The position numbers and the translations under genes were made by a program. The notes under the pieces were generated by a model. That model did not search any database and was not told where the DNA came from. It worked only from the letters and a program-made list of their open reading frames with translations. DNA of 64,000 nt from Fistulifera solaris (lineage: Eukaryota), in contig AP026164.1 of assembly GCA_030295235.1 (NCBI GenBank), forward strand, positions 1,488,001-1,552,000. Reading direction: 5' to 3'. Shown piece after piece: positions 35,176-47,090 of this stretch (positions within the stretch are counted from its first letter, which is position 1; each line of letters opens with the position of its first letter).

Positions 35176-38175
35176 TCACATTTGCAAGCCACGAACAATC
35201 TGAAGTATGCGGAGAAAATCACGATTGCGATGAGTGTGCGTCCCCAGGTCGATCCGCTTGTTGATTGCACGAGTTAGTTCTTCGATAACTCGGGGTAAAT
35301 GCTGTCGAATCTCCCGGGCGGGAGGGTTAAGCGATAGCGCAATCTCTGCAACCATAATATTGAAATTTCCATCTCTTTGTCATTGTTCGTCCCATTGATC
35401 ACCTGAGTCAAGTGCTGCATGATACAGAGCAAAAATCAAAGCGGACAACTTTACTTTTTCACCGTTAAACACGGCTGTAATGTCAGCCTGTTGACAACAT
35501 AGAAATGTGAATCTATAATCGGCAGCCGTGAGAGCCAGATTGAAAGCTTCCTCGTACTTTCGAGCAGCACAGAATTGAACAATTCCATTGCGTATCTCAT
35601 CGGGTGACTTTTTGGGCGGAGACGTGGTCGCAGGTGAGCGTGCAGCTCGTTGGTGCGTTTCTACAGTTGTTCGTAGACTTTGGACTTCCGTCGTCAATCG
35701 GGCTACGAGCTCGGTCATGCGAGTCATCTGAGCCGACATGGTGTCGACCTTGCTGTCTCTGCTCTCTTTCAATGGAATCATGGACTGCTCAAGTTGATCA
35801 GATACTTGCTTGAAAACAAGTCCCATTGTAGATTCCAAAGCGGGAAGAATAGCTGTCTTGACGGTGTTTTGAAATGCCGCTCGAAGTACAACATCTGCAT
35901 TCTCAGCCACAGCTGATGCTAGTTTGTTTGTCTCTTGTGCACTCATTTCTCGTTTGGAAAGGTCAGAAATCGAAGCCATTATCGGACGAAGTGCCACCTT
36001 GTTTACCGCCTCATTGACGGCCTTCTCAACGAGCGGGCCTAAAAATGATTGAATTTCTTCTCTCACCACTCGTCTTAGATCATCCCCGTTACCTAGCTGT
36101 GTACTCGTCGTGACGGCATCGCGATTTCTGGGAGCTTTGTTACGACCGTCCGTTTTTGCTTTTCCCATTTCATCTCCTCGGTTCGAGATAGTAGGAGTTG
36201 CCTCTCGTGCTGTAGTTGAAGTGAATAAGGCATTCAGGATTGAAGCATTATCAATAGGCGCGAGCATGCTGTCTGCAGTGATGATTGCAGGGTCCTCTAC
36301 TGGCGGTGGGATGCTTATCGAAGTGATGATAGCTGGGTCAAATGGAGCTGGCATGTCCTCCGCAACGATAATGGCCGGGTCGATAGTCGGTGGCGGCAAA
36401 GCAACAGGTGGTAGCTCGAGAGCTTTGCTAGTAGCCAAGGGCGGTAGCGATGACGGCTTTTCGGCCGCTAGACTTCCCAGCCAATTTGAAAAAGGGTTGC
36501 TTCCATTTGACGTTCCGCCGATAATTCCCGGAGGAGGAGGAAGGGTAGAAACATCAGGAGCTACATCAAATTCCGGTTCCTCATCGTCGTCATCTTCAAC
36601 GTCGTACTCTTCGTCAAACTGTAATACTCCATCATCTGATCCAACATCCGAAACATGAGCAGAATGCACATCCGTCCACAGTCGCTCAACGCGAACTCCA
36701 TCCCAAGGGTCAACCCAAGGGGGAGGGCGGCGGAAGCAGCATCATACTTCTCAACAAAAGCTCTTGAGCAGCTGAGCTCTGAAAAGCAGAAATTTGAATA
36801 TCATAATAGATGAGATTGCTTGACGACAGATCTTCGTCGTCTTCCGTATCTATACTAGAAGCCTCCGTCCGCACCTGCCATGAGTACGTGGGAAACTTAC
36901 ACCGGAAGGGCACAACATAATCACAGCCTTCTAGTATCAACTGGCTTCCCTCCGGCTGGCCTGACTCACTGCGCCATGCACCCTTCAAATGCCACGCAAA
37001 ATTTTGCCGGCCGTGCGGTCGGCCATAACAACCATCGTCGAAGGTGGCGTTTTGGAAGGAACACCAGTCGGTGTGAGAGGCGGAGGTAGAATATAGCAAG
37101 CATCAACCAAGTAAGAGAGGGATGGATTTTCAAGACCAAATACTTGTAGTCGAGACGGCTGTTTTCCGTCGGTTGTGAACGGAGACCACAAGGTGATGGT
37201 CGAATTTTGCGCACTAGCCGTCAAGAAGCAACGGGTCAATCCCGTAGCCCCAGAAGAGTCGCGGGAGTGTGTATGAGGCAAAAATAGACATCTGGAAACA
37301 GAGCCGTTTTCTTGAACACGTCCCAATGCTGTTGCACTCGCATGAAAGTCGCCTTGTATGGCCTCCGGTTTCTTCCAGTCGTACAAAACAACGCTCCCGC
37401 CGTCATACGCCGCCAGCATGTGTCGTTCCGCAGTACGAGACCACGCGAGGTCTATCAAGTTACCCCCTGCTCCTTTGATTTGAACAGCGCCTTCTTTGAT
37501 GCAAAATTCAGAGGCAAAGGTGCATACATAATGACCTGCATCTGATCTGACCGAATTAATCGACTGCGTGCTAACATGGGTAGCAACGACCGTATTCTCA
37601 TGGTTTGTATGAATGACACACAGTTGCTTAATAACAGGGAAAAGTTGGGTTAGCGAAACTATCTCGACTGAAACCTAGCAACGCTTGACTCGTAGACTTA
37701 CATTCACATCAAATGGATGCCAAACGATTCGCAGCATAGCAAAATGTTCTGTTGTGAACTCCAGTAGAATCTGATAATTGATCATAAGTCCCTGTTGCGA
37801 TAAGCGACTCACGATGAGCGAAGATTCCTGACATTCTAAGGTGGGACCTCCGACACTGGCAAGCATATCATCTTGATTGAAAAACTGAACATCCGTAATG
37901 CGCTGTTTCGCGTGCTCTCGAATCAGTCCCTTCGCGCCAGTTTTGTGGCGATCCATGATACGTAACATTCCCGTCTTGACAACATACACAACAAACTTTC
38001 GATTGGTCTGCACCAACGAACCGTTGATCACATCGTCGAACCTTCGGGCCTCGAAGGACGAGACCATATCGGCTTCCGCTTCTTGCGCATCGCACTCCGC
38101 GTCGTTGAACCACACGCGGACAGGGCTGCCGGCAGAGGATATCGGCAGTGGCGCTGTTCCAGCAAATGACTCCAT
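35176..38175 (-). CDS. EDC4: Enhancer of mRNA decapping 4 / VARICOSE-like (WD40, low-complexity linker, helical C-terminal domain); intron near 37620-37700 and frameshifts
   Basis: N-terminal VQTNRKFVVYVVK...RITDVQFF...RIVWHPF; coiled region with ILPALESTMGLVFKQV; C-terminal KYEEAFNLALTAAD...EIALSLN...IRQHLPRVI. Confidence 0.75.
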
Positions 38176-38797
38176 CCTTTTCTAAGGTATTGTAATAATA
38201 GTTGCAATCAATGATGGTAGTTGTAACGTTGGTTTCAGAGGAGATCAACGTTCGACAAAAGATCATTGCGAACGCCCCGGATGGACAGAAGGACGAATGA
38301 CGACGATCTAGGTCTAAGGTGTTTTAGCTTTTTAGGTTCTCAGGTCCTGGACCTGAGACTGGGACACTGGGACCCTTAAGAGCGACGTAGGGCTACGAAT
38401 TGCTAGTTGAGAAGTGGAGACGCGAAGAGATTAAACTATCAATATCACATAAATCACTGTCAATGATTGTTGCTGCGCGCTGCGAGTTGACTGTAAAACC
38501 TTGGTTGATACTCCATTAGCACTTTTTCGAAAGATACATTTCTACATGTTTGACTTGAAATAAAACGACTATGACTGTAAATCATTTGAATTGAATCTTT
38601 GAATTTTCACTCGTCGCTTTACCTGGTATTTTGAACAAGCAACAGCCACAACGGCGCAATGAAAAGTAACGACAATTAGCGCATCCATAACGTCTCAGCT
38701 CAAATCTCAAGACTGGCTTACATTAAAAGATGGTAACTTAATCTAAACAAGCAGCATCAAAAGAAAACATGAATCAACTTATAATGCTCCTATAGGA

Positions 38798-39451
38798 TTA
38801 ATCCTGGCCAGCCAAGAAAAGGGCGCTCTCTTCTAGAGGTCCACGGCGATTGTGTACCTTGACAATGTTTCCGTCTGCCGACAACTCTCCCGAACGGCGC
38901 ATTCGTACGTAGTCTTCACGAGGATATGCTGTGAATCCCCACTTCAGACTCTTCAGAATCTTCTGGCGGCCAGCAAACTTAAACTTTCCACGGCGGATGG
39001 CCTCAATCACATGTGGAGCATGGTTGTCCTTGGATCGTACCGAAATCAAGATTTGTCCGATATCGACACGGGCAGCAACACCAATGGGCTTTCCGTAACT
39101 GTGACGCATACCGGACGACAAGCGATCGGCACCGGCACAACTCAACATCTTGTTGGCACGAAGAACATGGAAGGGGTGAGCACGGATACGAATGTGGTAG
39201 TTATCCTTTCCGATGTGCTTCGTCAAGTGCTTGTTGATAGCAACACGGGCGGCTTCCAATGCCTCACTACTAATCTGCTGCTTTTCGTCGCAAACCAAGT
39301 GAGCAACGAAAGGGAACTGATCTACAGGAGCCTTCTTGGCACCCGTGTCGAAAATACGGATCTTCGAATCGGGCACACCTCGGCAAAAGCGCGACTTAAT
39401 GTACGGCTTGTTCTTTTGGTAGCGGTAGCAGCGAGCAGGACGACGACCCAT
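38798..39451 (-). CDS. RPL10: 60S ribosomal protein L10 (uL16/QM)
   Basis: [40 protein letters not shown]; intact and intronless. Confidence 0.98.
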   Translation of the reverse strand: MGRRPARCYRYQKNKPYIKSRFCRGVPDSKIRIFDTGAKKAPVDQFPFVAHLVCDEKQQISSEALEAARVAINKHLTKHIGKDNYHIRIRAHPFHVLRANKMLSCAGADRLSSGMRHSYGKPIGVAARVDIGQILISVRSKDNHAPHVIEAIRRGKFKFAGRQKILKSLKWGFTAYPREDYVRMRRSGELSADGNIVKVHNRRGPLEESALFLAGQD

Positions 39452-39796
39452 GGTTACAGTGATGAATCAATAATAAAAAACAATGAAAGCTCGTCAATCG
39501 TAGAACTCGTTCCACAGACACAGATCAATTGACCTCGGATCAACTTCGACGACGAGCGAAAGTCCCACAAAACCGACGTAGACTCTAGTAAAATTCCCAC
39601 GTGAGAGTAACAAGTACATCGGTAAAGGTAAAGGGACGACGATCAAACGGTGATGACATCATCATGCAGAAACACCAACGCTAATCGAGCCATACTTTTT
39701 TTAGAATTTGCTGGATTTAATTGCTAAATTTAATTGCTACCAGGTAAACATAAACAGGTGCATTATATAATATCAAATTTTGATTTGCATGCACAT

Positions 39797-41017
39797 TCAT
39801 GGGTGAAGACGCGGTGATTTCTTGGCATCTTCGTCTTCCGAGTTGTTGTCGCGGTGCCCCATACACCCCACTTCCATTTTTCCAAGGATCCTATATTCGA
39901 TAGCCACTCCTTTTACAGTCTTGCAGCAAACACCACCGTCCTTGGTGAGAGCAACATTTCCTTTGCTTGAGAGACGGAGCTGTGAACGTTCGGGGTCCTT
40001 CTGTCGAGCGCGCTCGACATCTTTCGCCGCGCTTTCAATCCTCTTTCGTAACGACCACTGCTCTTTCAATCTCTTTACGTGCTCTATGCTGAAGAGACGA
40101 GTGTCATTATCCATTTGTTGTTGCAATGTCTCATATTGCATAACAAGGTCATGGTAATGTTTTGCCAAAAGATCCTTCACTGCGTGCGAGTGCGGACTGG
40201 TAGAAAAGTATCCACAGGTGCCATAAATCCGTCCAGCTGGTACAACGACGTCGCTCTTGTGATCTTTGAAGGTAAGATCCTCATCTAAAGTGATGTAGAA
40301 TCGTAAGATATCGGTCCCGGCTGGGCCTTGTCCTCTGGCAACTTGATATATTCCAGTCGCATCGGCCGGAAGAGCTTGCCTGCCAACGCTGTGCGATCCG
40401 ACTCCAGATGGAAACACAAAGCCGTCGACAACCTTGCATACTTTGGTAGGAGCTGAAGATGCCATGAAGAACTCGTCCGATGTGGCTGTAAACTCCGGTG
40501 TAAAGTCTAAAACGACTTGAAATCGCAGTCGATCTCCTGATGCTCCCCACTCTGGTGGCATCCATGTTCCTTTCTCACGTCCAATGTTGAACGCTATTTT
40601 CCAGCGGGTATCTTCAAGAAGATCTAAAGGAGCGTGAATGACAGATTCGAGTTCTTTCTTTTGCTCTTCTAGAATGGGCAAGGTTTGTTTCTCTACCGGT
40701 GCCTCGAAGAAGGCATGTGATTGGACCATTGGAGGCGGATTCGATTTCGGAGTTTTGGTTGGAAGTTCCGACCGTCCCTTCGTTTCGCTCTGCTTGTTCT
40801 GCATTGTTTCCATTTGGTGCTCCAGAGCTTCGAGTCGCTTCAAGGCTTCCTTTCTCATTTCCTCTATATCCTCGCGCATTTGGTCTGCTTGAGGAGATTC
40901 TTTCAAGCTCGCTGACAAGATCAACGTGGTTCGTCGCTGTGGTGGCGACGGACGCAGCCACGCGGACGAGAAGAATGGGATAGTGATAAAAAGGTTAGTG
41001 AGCAAAAAGAACTTCAT
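39797..41017 (-). CDS. Hypothetical protein, probably plastid-targeted
   Basis: MKFFLLTNLFITIPFFSSA|WLRPS: signal peptide plus aromatic +1 residue (ASAFAP-type) and a Ser/Arg/Pro transit peptide; conserved-looking NIGREKGTWMPPEWGASGDRL. Confidence 0.7.
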   Translation of the reverse strand: MKFFLLTNLFITIPFFSSAWLRPSPPQRRTTLILSASLKESPQADQMREDIEEMRKEALKRLEALEHQMETMQNKQSETKGRSELPTKTPKSNPPPMVQSHAFFEAPVEKQTLPILEEQKKELESVIHAPLDLLEDTRWKIAFNIGREKGTWMPPEWGASGDRLRFQVVLDFTPEFTATSDEFFMASSAPTKVCKVVDGFVFPSGVGSHSVGRQALPADATGIYQVARGQGPAGTDILRFYITLDEDLTFKDHKSDVVVPAGRIYGTCGYFSTSPHSHAVKDLLAKHYHDLVMQYETLQQQMDNDTRLFSIEHVKRLKEQWSLRKRIESAAKDVERARQKDPERSQLRLSSKGNVALTKDGGVCCKTVKGVAIEYRILGKMEVGCMGHRDNNSEDEDAKKSPRLHP

Positions 41018-41549
41018 GACTAGCAGTTGATGATTTATATGATTGTTTTGGTTTGACAAGTTGATGGATCGTTGCTCGTCGTTTGCCGTGCAAAAGGCTG
41101 GCTTCTTTGTGTTCTTCGACGACTGCACTTTCCTCGTTTCACGGTTTCATCGGTTTGCGATCCTGACTTCAGTGAAATGCAACCAATCAGCAGCCAGCAA
41201 CCTCCGCAATTGACCAATCATAATTGAGGAGATCTGTTAATAGTGTCGAGGCGAATTGCATACTCGCAGAGTACTTTGTCGTTTCGGAAAGAGTACGATG
41301 AATTGTACGAAGTACAAGGTAAAAAGGCAAAGAAGATGGAATGTAGAACCTGTACTCTAATGCGAATGCAAAATTGGAAGGGGATGTGTCTGTCTATTTA
41401 CAAGTACTCCGTATTTTTGCAAGTTCTTTTGCCCTCGTCGACATCCACTACTCATATCTGGTAAGCTTCTTCAGCTACGAAGAGTGAAGGAGAACAGCTG
41501 CAAATGTTCCAATGAAATAGTAGCCCGAAATCTAAGATGTTGGCGATAC

Positions 41550-42030
41550 TATGTGGCATTCCAGTCATGAATCAAGATATTTTCAAAGCCAGACGTTTTC
41601 CTTAACGTTCGTTCTGTTAGCTCGGTAAGCTTCATTTGTCAGAAAAATGATGACATTATTAATGTTTTTTTGCAATGCATGCATCTATGTAATATATCGA
41701 AAAGCCTTATGGAAGGATGCCTTCAAAACTACAATAGACCCTGGGTGTTGTGTCAACACTAGCAAGACTGCATCAGTCATGAAATAGTATCCTTCCGAAC
41801 CACACCGCTACGTCGTACCTACTTGCATTCGTTCTGCTATCTTTATTGTCACCATTATCTTTGACACGATGCAAATATTTTCAGCAGCATTTCAACTGCT
41901 AGCATCGATTCGTTACGTCAGAACTCGTTTCGGGTCGCTGTCTTCATTGCTCACTGTAAACCCCAAGAGGAGGCGCAACTTCACCACAATTGTACTTCAG
42001 TCATGAATAGTCTATAGTTTAGCCGGACTT
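41550..42030. repeat. Second cluster of the ~215-bp hairpin repeat family
   Basis: CAGTCATGAA cores at 41562, 41774 and 41998; 41870-42010 aligns with 32140-32280. Confidence 0.8.
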
Positions 42031-42140
42031 GCCGTTTAGATTTAGCTGCTCAGCGTTTTGAGTTTTGACTCTTTAACTTTGACCTTCGACGACACAGGAC
42101 CGTCGTTAACGCACGCTCAGACACGCATTACGCGAACTTA

Positions 42141-43174
42141 GGCCGTTCCTAACCGGAGCACAAAAAATGGGTACCGGATGAAAATATCCCACGTCAGGTT
42201 TTTGTCACTTTTTACCCCCCAAAAAATAGGATTCATTTTTTCATCACACCTAACCGAAGATATTGAAAAAGTAAAGTCACAAGTCTGTCGCACCTCGCAC
42301 CAGCCAACCCCCGTGCAGTCTGCACTCCGCACTCTCCAGATGCACCATTTCCTCCCACCAACCTTCCTCCACTCTTTCTTCGTCCGACCCAACTTTCCTC
42401 CACTCTTTCTTTGTCGGAATAAATATTATATTGTTTCAGACATGGTTGGTTTTGCAGAAGTTATTGCCGAGGCAAAGTGTACTATCGCGTATCAGTGCTA
42501 CGCAATCAACAGCGAGCGCAAATGTCAAAGCAAACAAGAACAGATAGTCAACATCGAGAAACTGTATCACGGTGTGGCCGACGTAATTCCGTACGTGGAA
42601 GTCGGGAGCCTCAACATACATCATGTACCATGACGATTTCCGGGGATCACCTTCACTTAACTTCTTGCAAGATCGTTGTCGGACCTTCGGAGTTACTGTT
42701 GCAGGGGTCACATATTCTCGCTCGGATGCGATGGCATGCGTAACTAGCGTGTTGCGCATCACCAGGTTAAAGGCCGGCGAAGGCAATAAGAAATCCTTCT
42801 TCTTCTTCCTAGGCGGAAGAAAATCATTATCCTCCATTTCGAATTAACAGCAACGACGTTGAACAATGAAAAGTGAAATTGATGTTTGTTTTGTTTGTTT
42901 GAAATTTTCATTGGAAAGCCGGCAGGAACATTATTTAAAAGTCTCAAAACCGGAACGATAAACATTTCCATTTTTTTCATTGTTTGGAGGGAAAAAATGG
43001 AGCCTCCATTTTTCATTTCGAGCAAGAAAAGGAAGGACAAAAATGGATTCCATTTTTGGAGCCGATTTTTACCCCCGGTTAGGTGGCCATTTTTGATTTT
43101 TTGGGGCCTTCTGACGTGGAGTGACGTGGCTGACGTACCCATTTTCATTTTTTGGGCCCCGGTTAGGAACGGCC
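42141..43174. mobile_element. Non-autonomous PIF/Harbinger DNA transposon (1034 bp)
   Basis: About 29-bp TIRs GGCCGTTCCTAACCGG(A/G)GC(A/C)CAAAAAATG; TTA target-site duplication at 42138-42140 and 43175-43177. Confidence 0.88.
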
Positions 43175-44360
43175 TTAATCCGTAATCTTAAATCTTACCA
43201 GGTACCAACGACGTGGCGTAGTCTATCGATTTTTGAATGTTACGGGTAAAAGTACTTGTACCTGGTAAGTCATCGCGGTCGCAGAGGCTTTCCGCTTCCG
43301 GTTCCGCTTTCCACTGTCCTTGTCCTTTGTACATTTCCCAGTCCCAGGCTAGGAAAGCCTCGACCCTGAAAACTAGGAGCTGGAACCTCGAAGCTCGAGG
43401 CCAACGGCTAACTGGCAAGGTGGCAGCTCGTAGACACCAAACTTTAATTTTTGCGCTTAGAACGTGGAGCTTGGACTGTTTTTGTTCAGTTCTTCCGTTC
43501 TTCATGCGTGCAATTTTCCTATGTGCGACGGTTTCGTTTTTCCCTCGTCCTTGGCCCTTGTACTTGTCTCGGTTCTCCGTTCCCGTCCTTTGTCAAGTGT
43601 CATTCCTCATCCTAAAGGCGAAACGACGCGCATCTATTAAAAGTTACGGAGTAAAAGCGTTGATGGGCAATGGGAAAAGTCACTGGGTCACACGTCACAT
43701 GGCAAATGGTACGGTACCTTACCGTACATGGTAGATGCTAGAGTCTCGAGACATCATATTATTTACTTGATGACTTATGACGAGTTGTGAAGCTTTTAAA
43801 GCTCTTCCTCTTGAGTGTTCACTCCTCACTCTTCATTTTGGTTTTATATCGATCTCTAGAGTACAACAATATGAAGGTTTTCCATCAATCGGGACTGGCC
43901 CTCTACTAGCGCACTAAGGCTAGAGAGTTAGAACCAAAGCTTACTCAGGGAAGTGTCAGACTGAAATATATGTGAATGAAAAGTGGAAAATTCAGTCGAA
44001 TGTCAAGATTAGATTCTGACGATTAACAAATTAGGAATAAAATGATAGTAAAAAAAAAAATTATTATGCATCACACACAGATCCTAAACCTCCGCCGGCC
44101 GCCGGCAGTACCTGGTACTGCGCTGGAGGAAAACACTTCAGAACAAACATTAGTAGACTACACCCAGAATGTACAATCTTCGGCGAATGAAACTCCTCGG
44201 CTCCTCGGTGTCAGATGTCAGGTGTCGGGCGTTTTTGGCTTTCCGGATCTGCGTTCGAGAAAAGCATTCGTCTTCCACAGTTTCATCATCAATCGTTTTT
44301 GGCATAAAAAAAATTACGGAGTATCTTCTTCATTACCGCACTTGCACGGGAGACAGCGAC

Positions 44361-46605
44361 ATGGGACGAATAACTCTTTTCACATCTCCTGACACATACT
44401 CGGTCTTTGTCAAGAAGGAACTTGACAAGCGGGGACTTCCGTTTCAAGAAATCAATCTCGCAGCTTACCCCTCGCGGCGCACTGACCTTGAATCTCTCAC
44501 CTCCAGCTCTGCTGTGCCTCAAGTCTTCTTCAATACGAGGCACGTCGGTGGAATCAACGAAACATTGGATGAACTGAAAAATGGGACAAATGTTCTCGTT
44601 ACGGCTCGCTATTGGAGCGTTACGAGGTTCAAATTGGCAAGATGCCGGACCCCAAGGACAAGCGACTTTTTCTACCAACAGAAAACGATACTAGGAGAAA
44701 TAGTTTTACTTCCGACCTTTACCTAAGAGAACGGGCTGTATTGGAGCTACCAGATGGAACGCTAACAACTGTTCTAGATATCACGGAAAAACTTCAAGAT
44801 GCTTTGCCAAGAGGCGAACACCGGTATAAGGACACCCTCTACCTTAATGCTTTTACAGGAAAAGAAGCTGTTGATGCGTTTCAAAACACCTAAACCTTTC
44901 CAGGAAAGGTGCGATTGCATTTGGCCGAGGATTGCAGAATGCAAATGTTCTGGATCATGTCTACCCAAGTATCAGCAGAAAATATGATTTTCAAGACTCT
45001 GCCGATGAGGTCTTCCGCCTTCAATGCTTTAAGAGTCCCGACGTACTCAACTCCTACCGGATCTGGGATGAGCCTGTCCTACACGACGCTTTCAAACTTG
45101 TATCGGATATGGATCGGATGCTTACCGTCATGGAGTTGAGCAGCATGGACAACGAAGGGAAATTCGATTATTTGTCCTTGGCTCGATCTGACTTTCTTCC
45201 AGCCTTTGAAGAAGCGACATGTCAGCTTCAAAAGATTGAATTCAAGGATATGGAAGAAGCCGAAAAGAAAGCCTTTTGCATCAATTTATACCGATTGATG
45301 ATGCGTTATGCCTTCGTTAAAGTCGGATCATTTACAAGTGCCGCCGACAAAAAGTCCTTTCTCCGACAGGTCAAATTCAATATCGGGGGTCGTCTTTACT
45401 CACTTCAAGAATGGGTTGACGGCATCCTTCGATGCAACCGCAAGTCGTCGGCGATGTCGAGAGCTCCCTTCGGCAGACTAGATTCACGACGAAAGTACCC
45501 CTTGAACGAGTTAGATAACAGAATTCATTTTGCCTTGAACGTTGGTCCAGCTTTTGCGTCAACTGGCAGCCTACCATTCTCGCAGTTCACGCCTAACAAC
45601 GTCGACGAAGAACTCGATATTGCTGCGCGCATCTTTTGCGATGATGATTCCAATGTATCCATCTCGTTAGAAACGGGAAAGGTCCGTCTCGGACACATAT
45701 TTTCCAAGTATCGCAGCGACTTCGCCAAGTCTGACAAAGGACTGTTGGAAAGTATACTGGCAAATCTTACCGGCTATAAGGCTTTGAATATGAGAAAGTT
45801 GCTGTCGTCGCGGTTTGGGAAGGTTGTCTTCGACGACATGAAGCTCGGCAACAGTGCGGCTAACTCTCCTGTCTACGATGCACACGGAGCAAAGACAGAG
45901 TTCAAGGGTCTCATTGCCCGCGTCACGCATCGATTCCAAGCGCCCAAAAACCCGGAGAACGAGCGAAGTCGAATGATCACGCTTCGTGAACTGAATCTCC
46001 TTGACACTCTTCCGGATGAGCGCTTCGATCGTATCACTCGAAAGGTACAAGAAGAATTTGAAGCACCCGTCGTTCTAGTGTCTCTCATGGATGAAGATCG
46101 CAACTGGATGAAATCGTCTCAATGGGTTTTCCCCGGTGAATGTCCGAAAGAATCTCCTCGAGAAATTTCTTTTTGTGGACATGCCATCAGTACGTGCACT
46201 GACGATATCTTTATGATCCCTAACGCGTTAGAAGATGACCGCTTTGCTGATAATCCCTTGGTAACTGGACCACTCGGTGTTCGATTCTATGCGGGCTTCC
46301 CGATTCGAGTTCCCTCTTTTGATGGTTCTGCGCCGGTGACCTTGGGAACACTGTGCATCTTTGATGTGAAGCCTCGCGATCTGTCGGACACACAGCTGGA
46401 CAAGCTTCGAGAGTATGGATCACTCGTCCGAAAAGAGATTCTTCGACAGGGGCGTCCGGGAAGTTATGAAAAGAAAGCTAGGAGCTCGGCGCATCAAGGC
46501 CAGCAATCTGTGACACCGTCGCGCGCTGGTGTATCGTCGAATCGCATCAAACCAACACTCCGGTCTTTGTTTTTGTTTAGTTTTTTGCACTTTACGCGAC
46601 TGTGA
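44361..46605 (+). CDS. Glutaredoxin-like + DEP + DUF547 + GAF domain protein (frameshifts near 44580 and 44890-44930; C-terminus uncertain)
   Basis: MGRITLF...SSAVPQVFFNTRHVGG (Grx fold); HRYKDTLYLNAFTGKEAVD...FRLQ (DEP); EKKAFCINLY, DNRIHFALN, IFSKYRSDF (DUF547); LLDTLPDERFDRIT, REISFCGHAI, DDRFADNPLV, RFYAGFP, LGTLCIFDVKPR (GAF). Confidence 0.85.
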
Positions 46606-47090
46606 GGGGACCTGTGACTCTCAGCGTGATTCTGAATAGTTAAAGTAGTTGCTGTTTTATCCTTTTTCACGCTCGAAGGTTCACTACGTATACGGCCAGG
46701 AGTTTTTACTTGTCGTGGTGGTCGTCATAGCGATTACATTCTTCGAACACTCGTCTGCGCCTTTAGCGATGATCGATCGGCGCATTTTGAACTCGAATAA
46801 CCACTTTAATTCATTCTTTAGGGAAAAAGGGATCGCAATCGTTCTTATGAAGAAAGATACTTGAGTATTTCAGAACTTTTATGACGATTATCGTCTCTCG
46901 CCTAATGTTTCGTGACTGAAATTAAGTCACGTGGTGTAAACGGTCGCCTTCACTTTGGCTGATAGTGACAGCATCATTCTTGTTGGGACTTGGGACCATC
47001 AATAAACCAGACACACAATCACTCAATAACGCCCACACAAGCGATTTTATCCTATCATAATCCGAGAACGTCTCAGGCAATTCGTAAAGC

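Noticed and set aside
38852..39532. 226-aa plus-strand ORF
   Set aside because: Antisense shadow of codon-biased RPL10.
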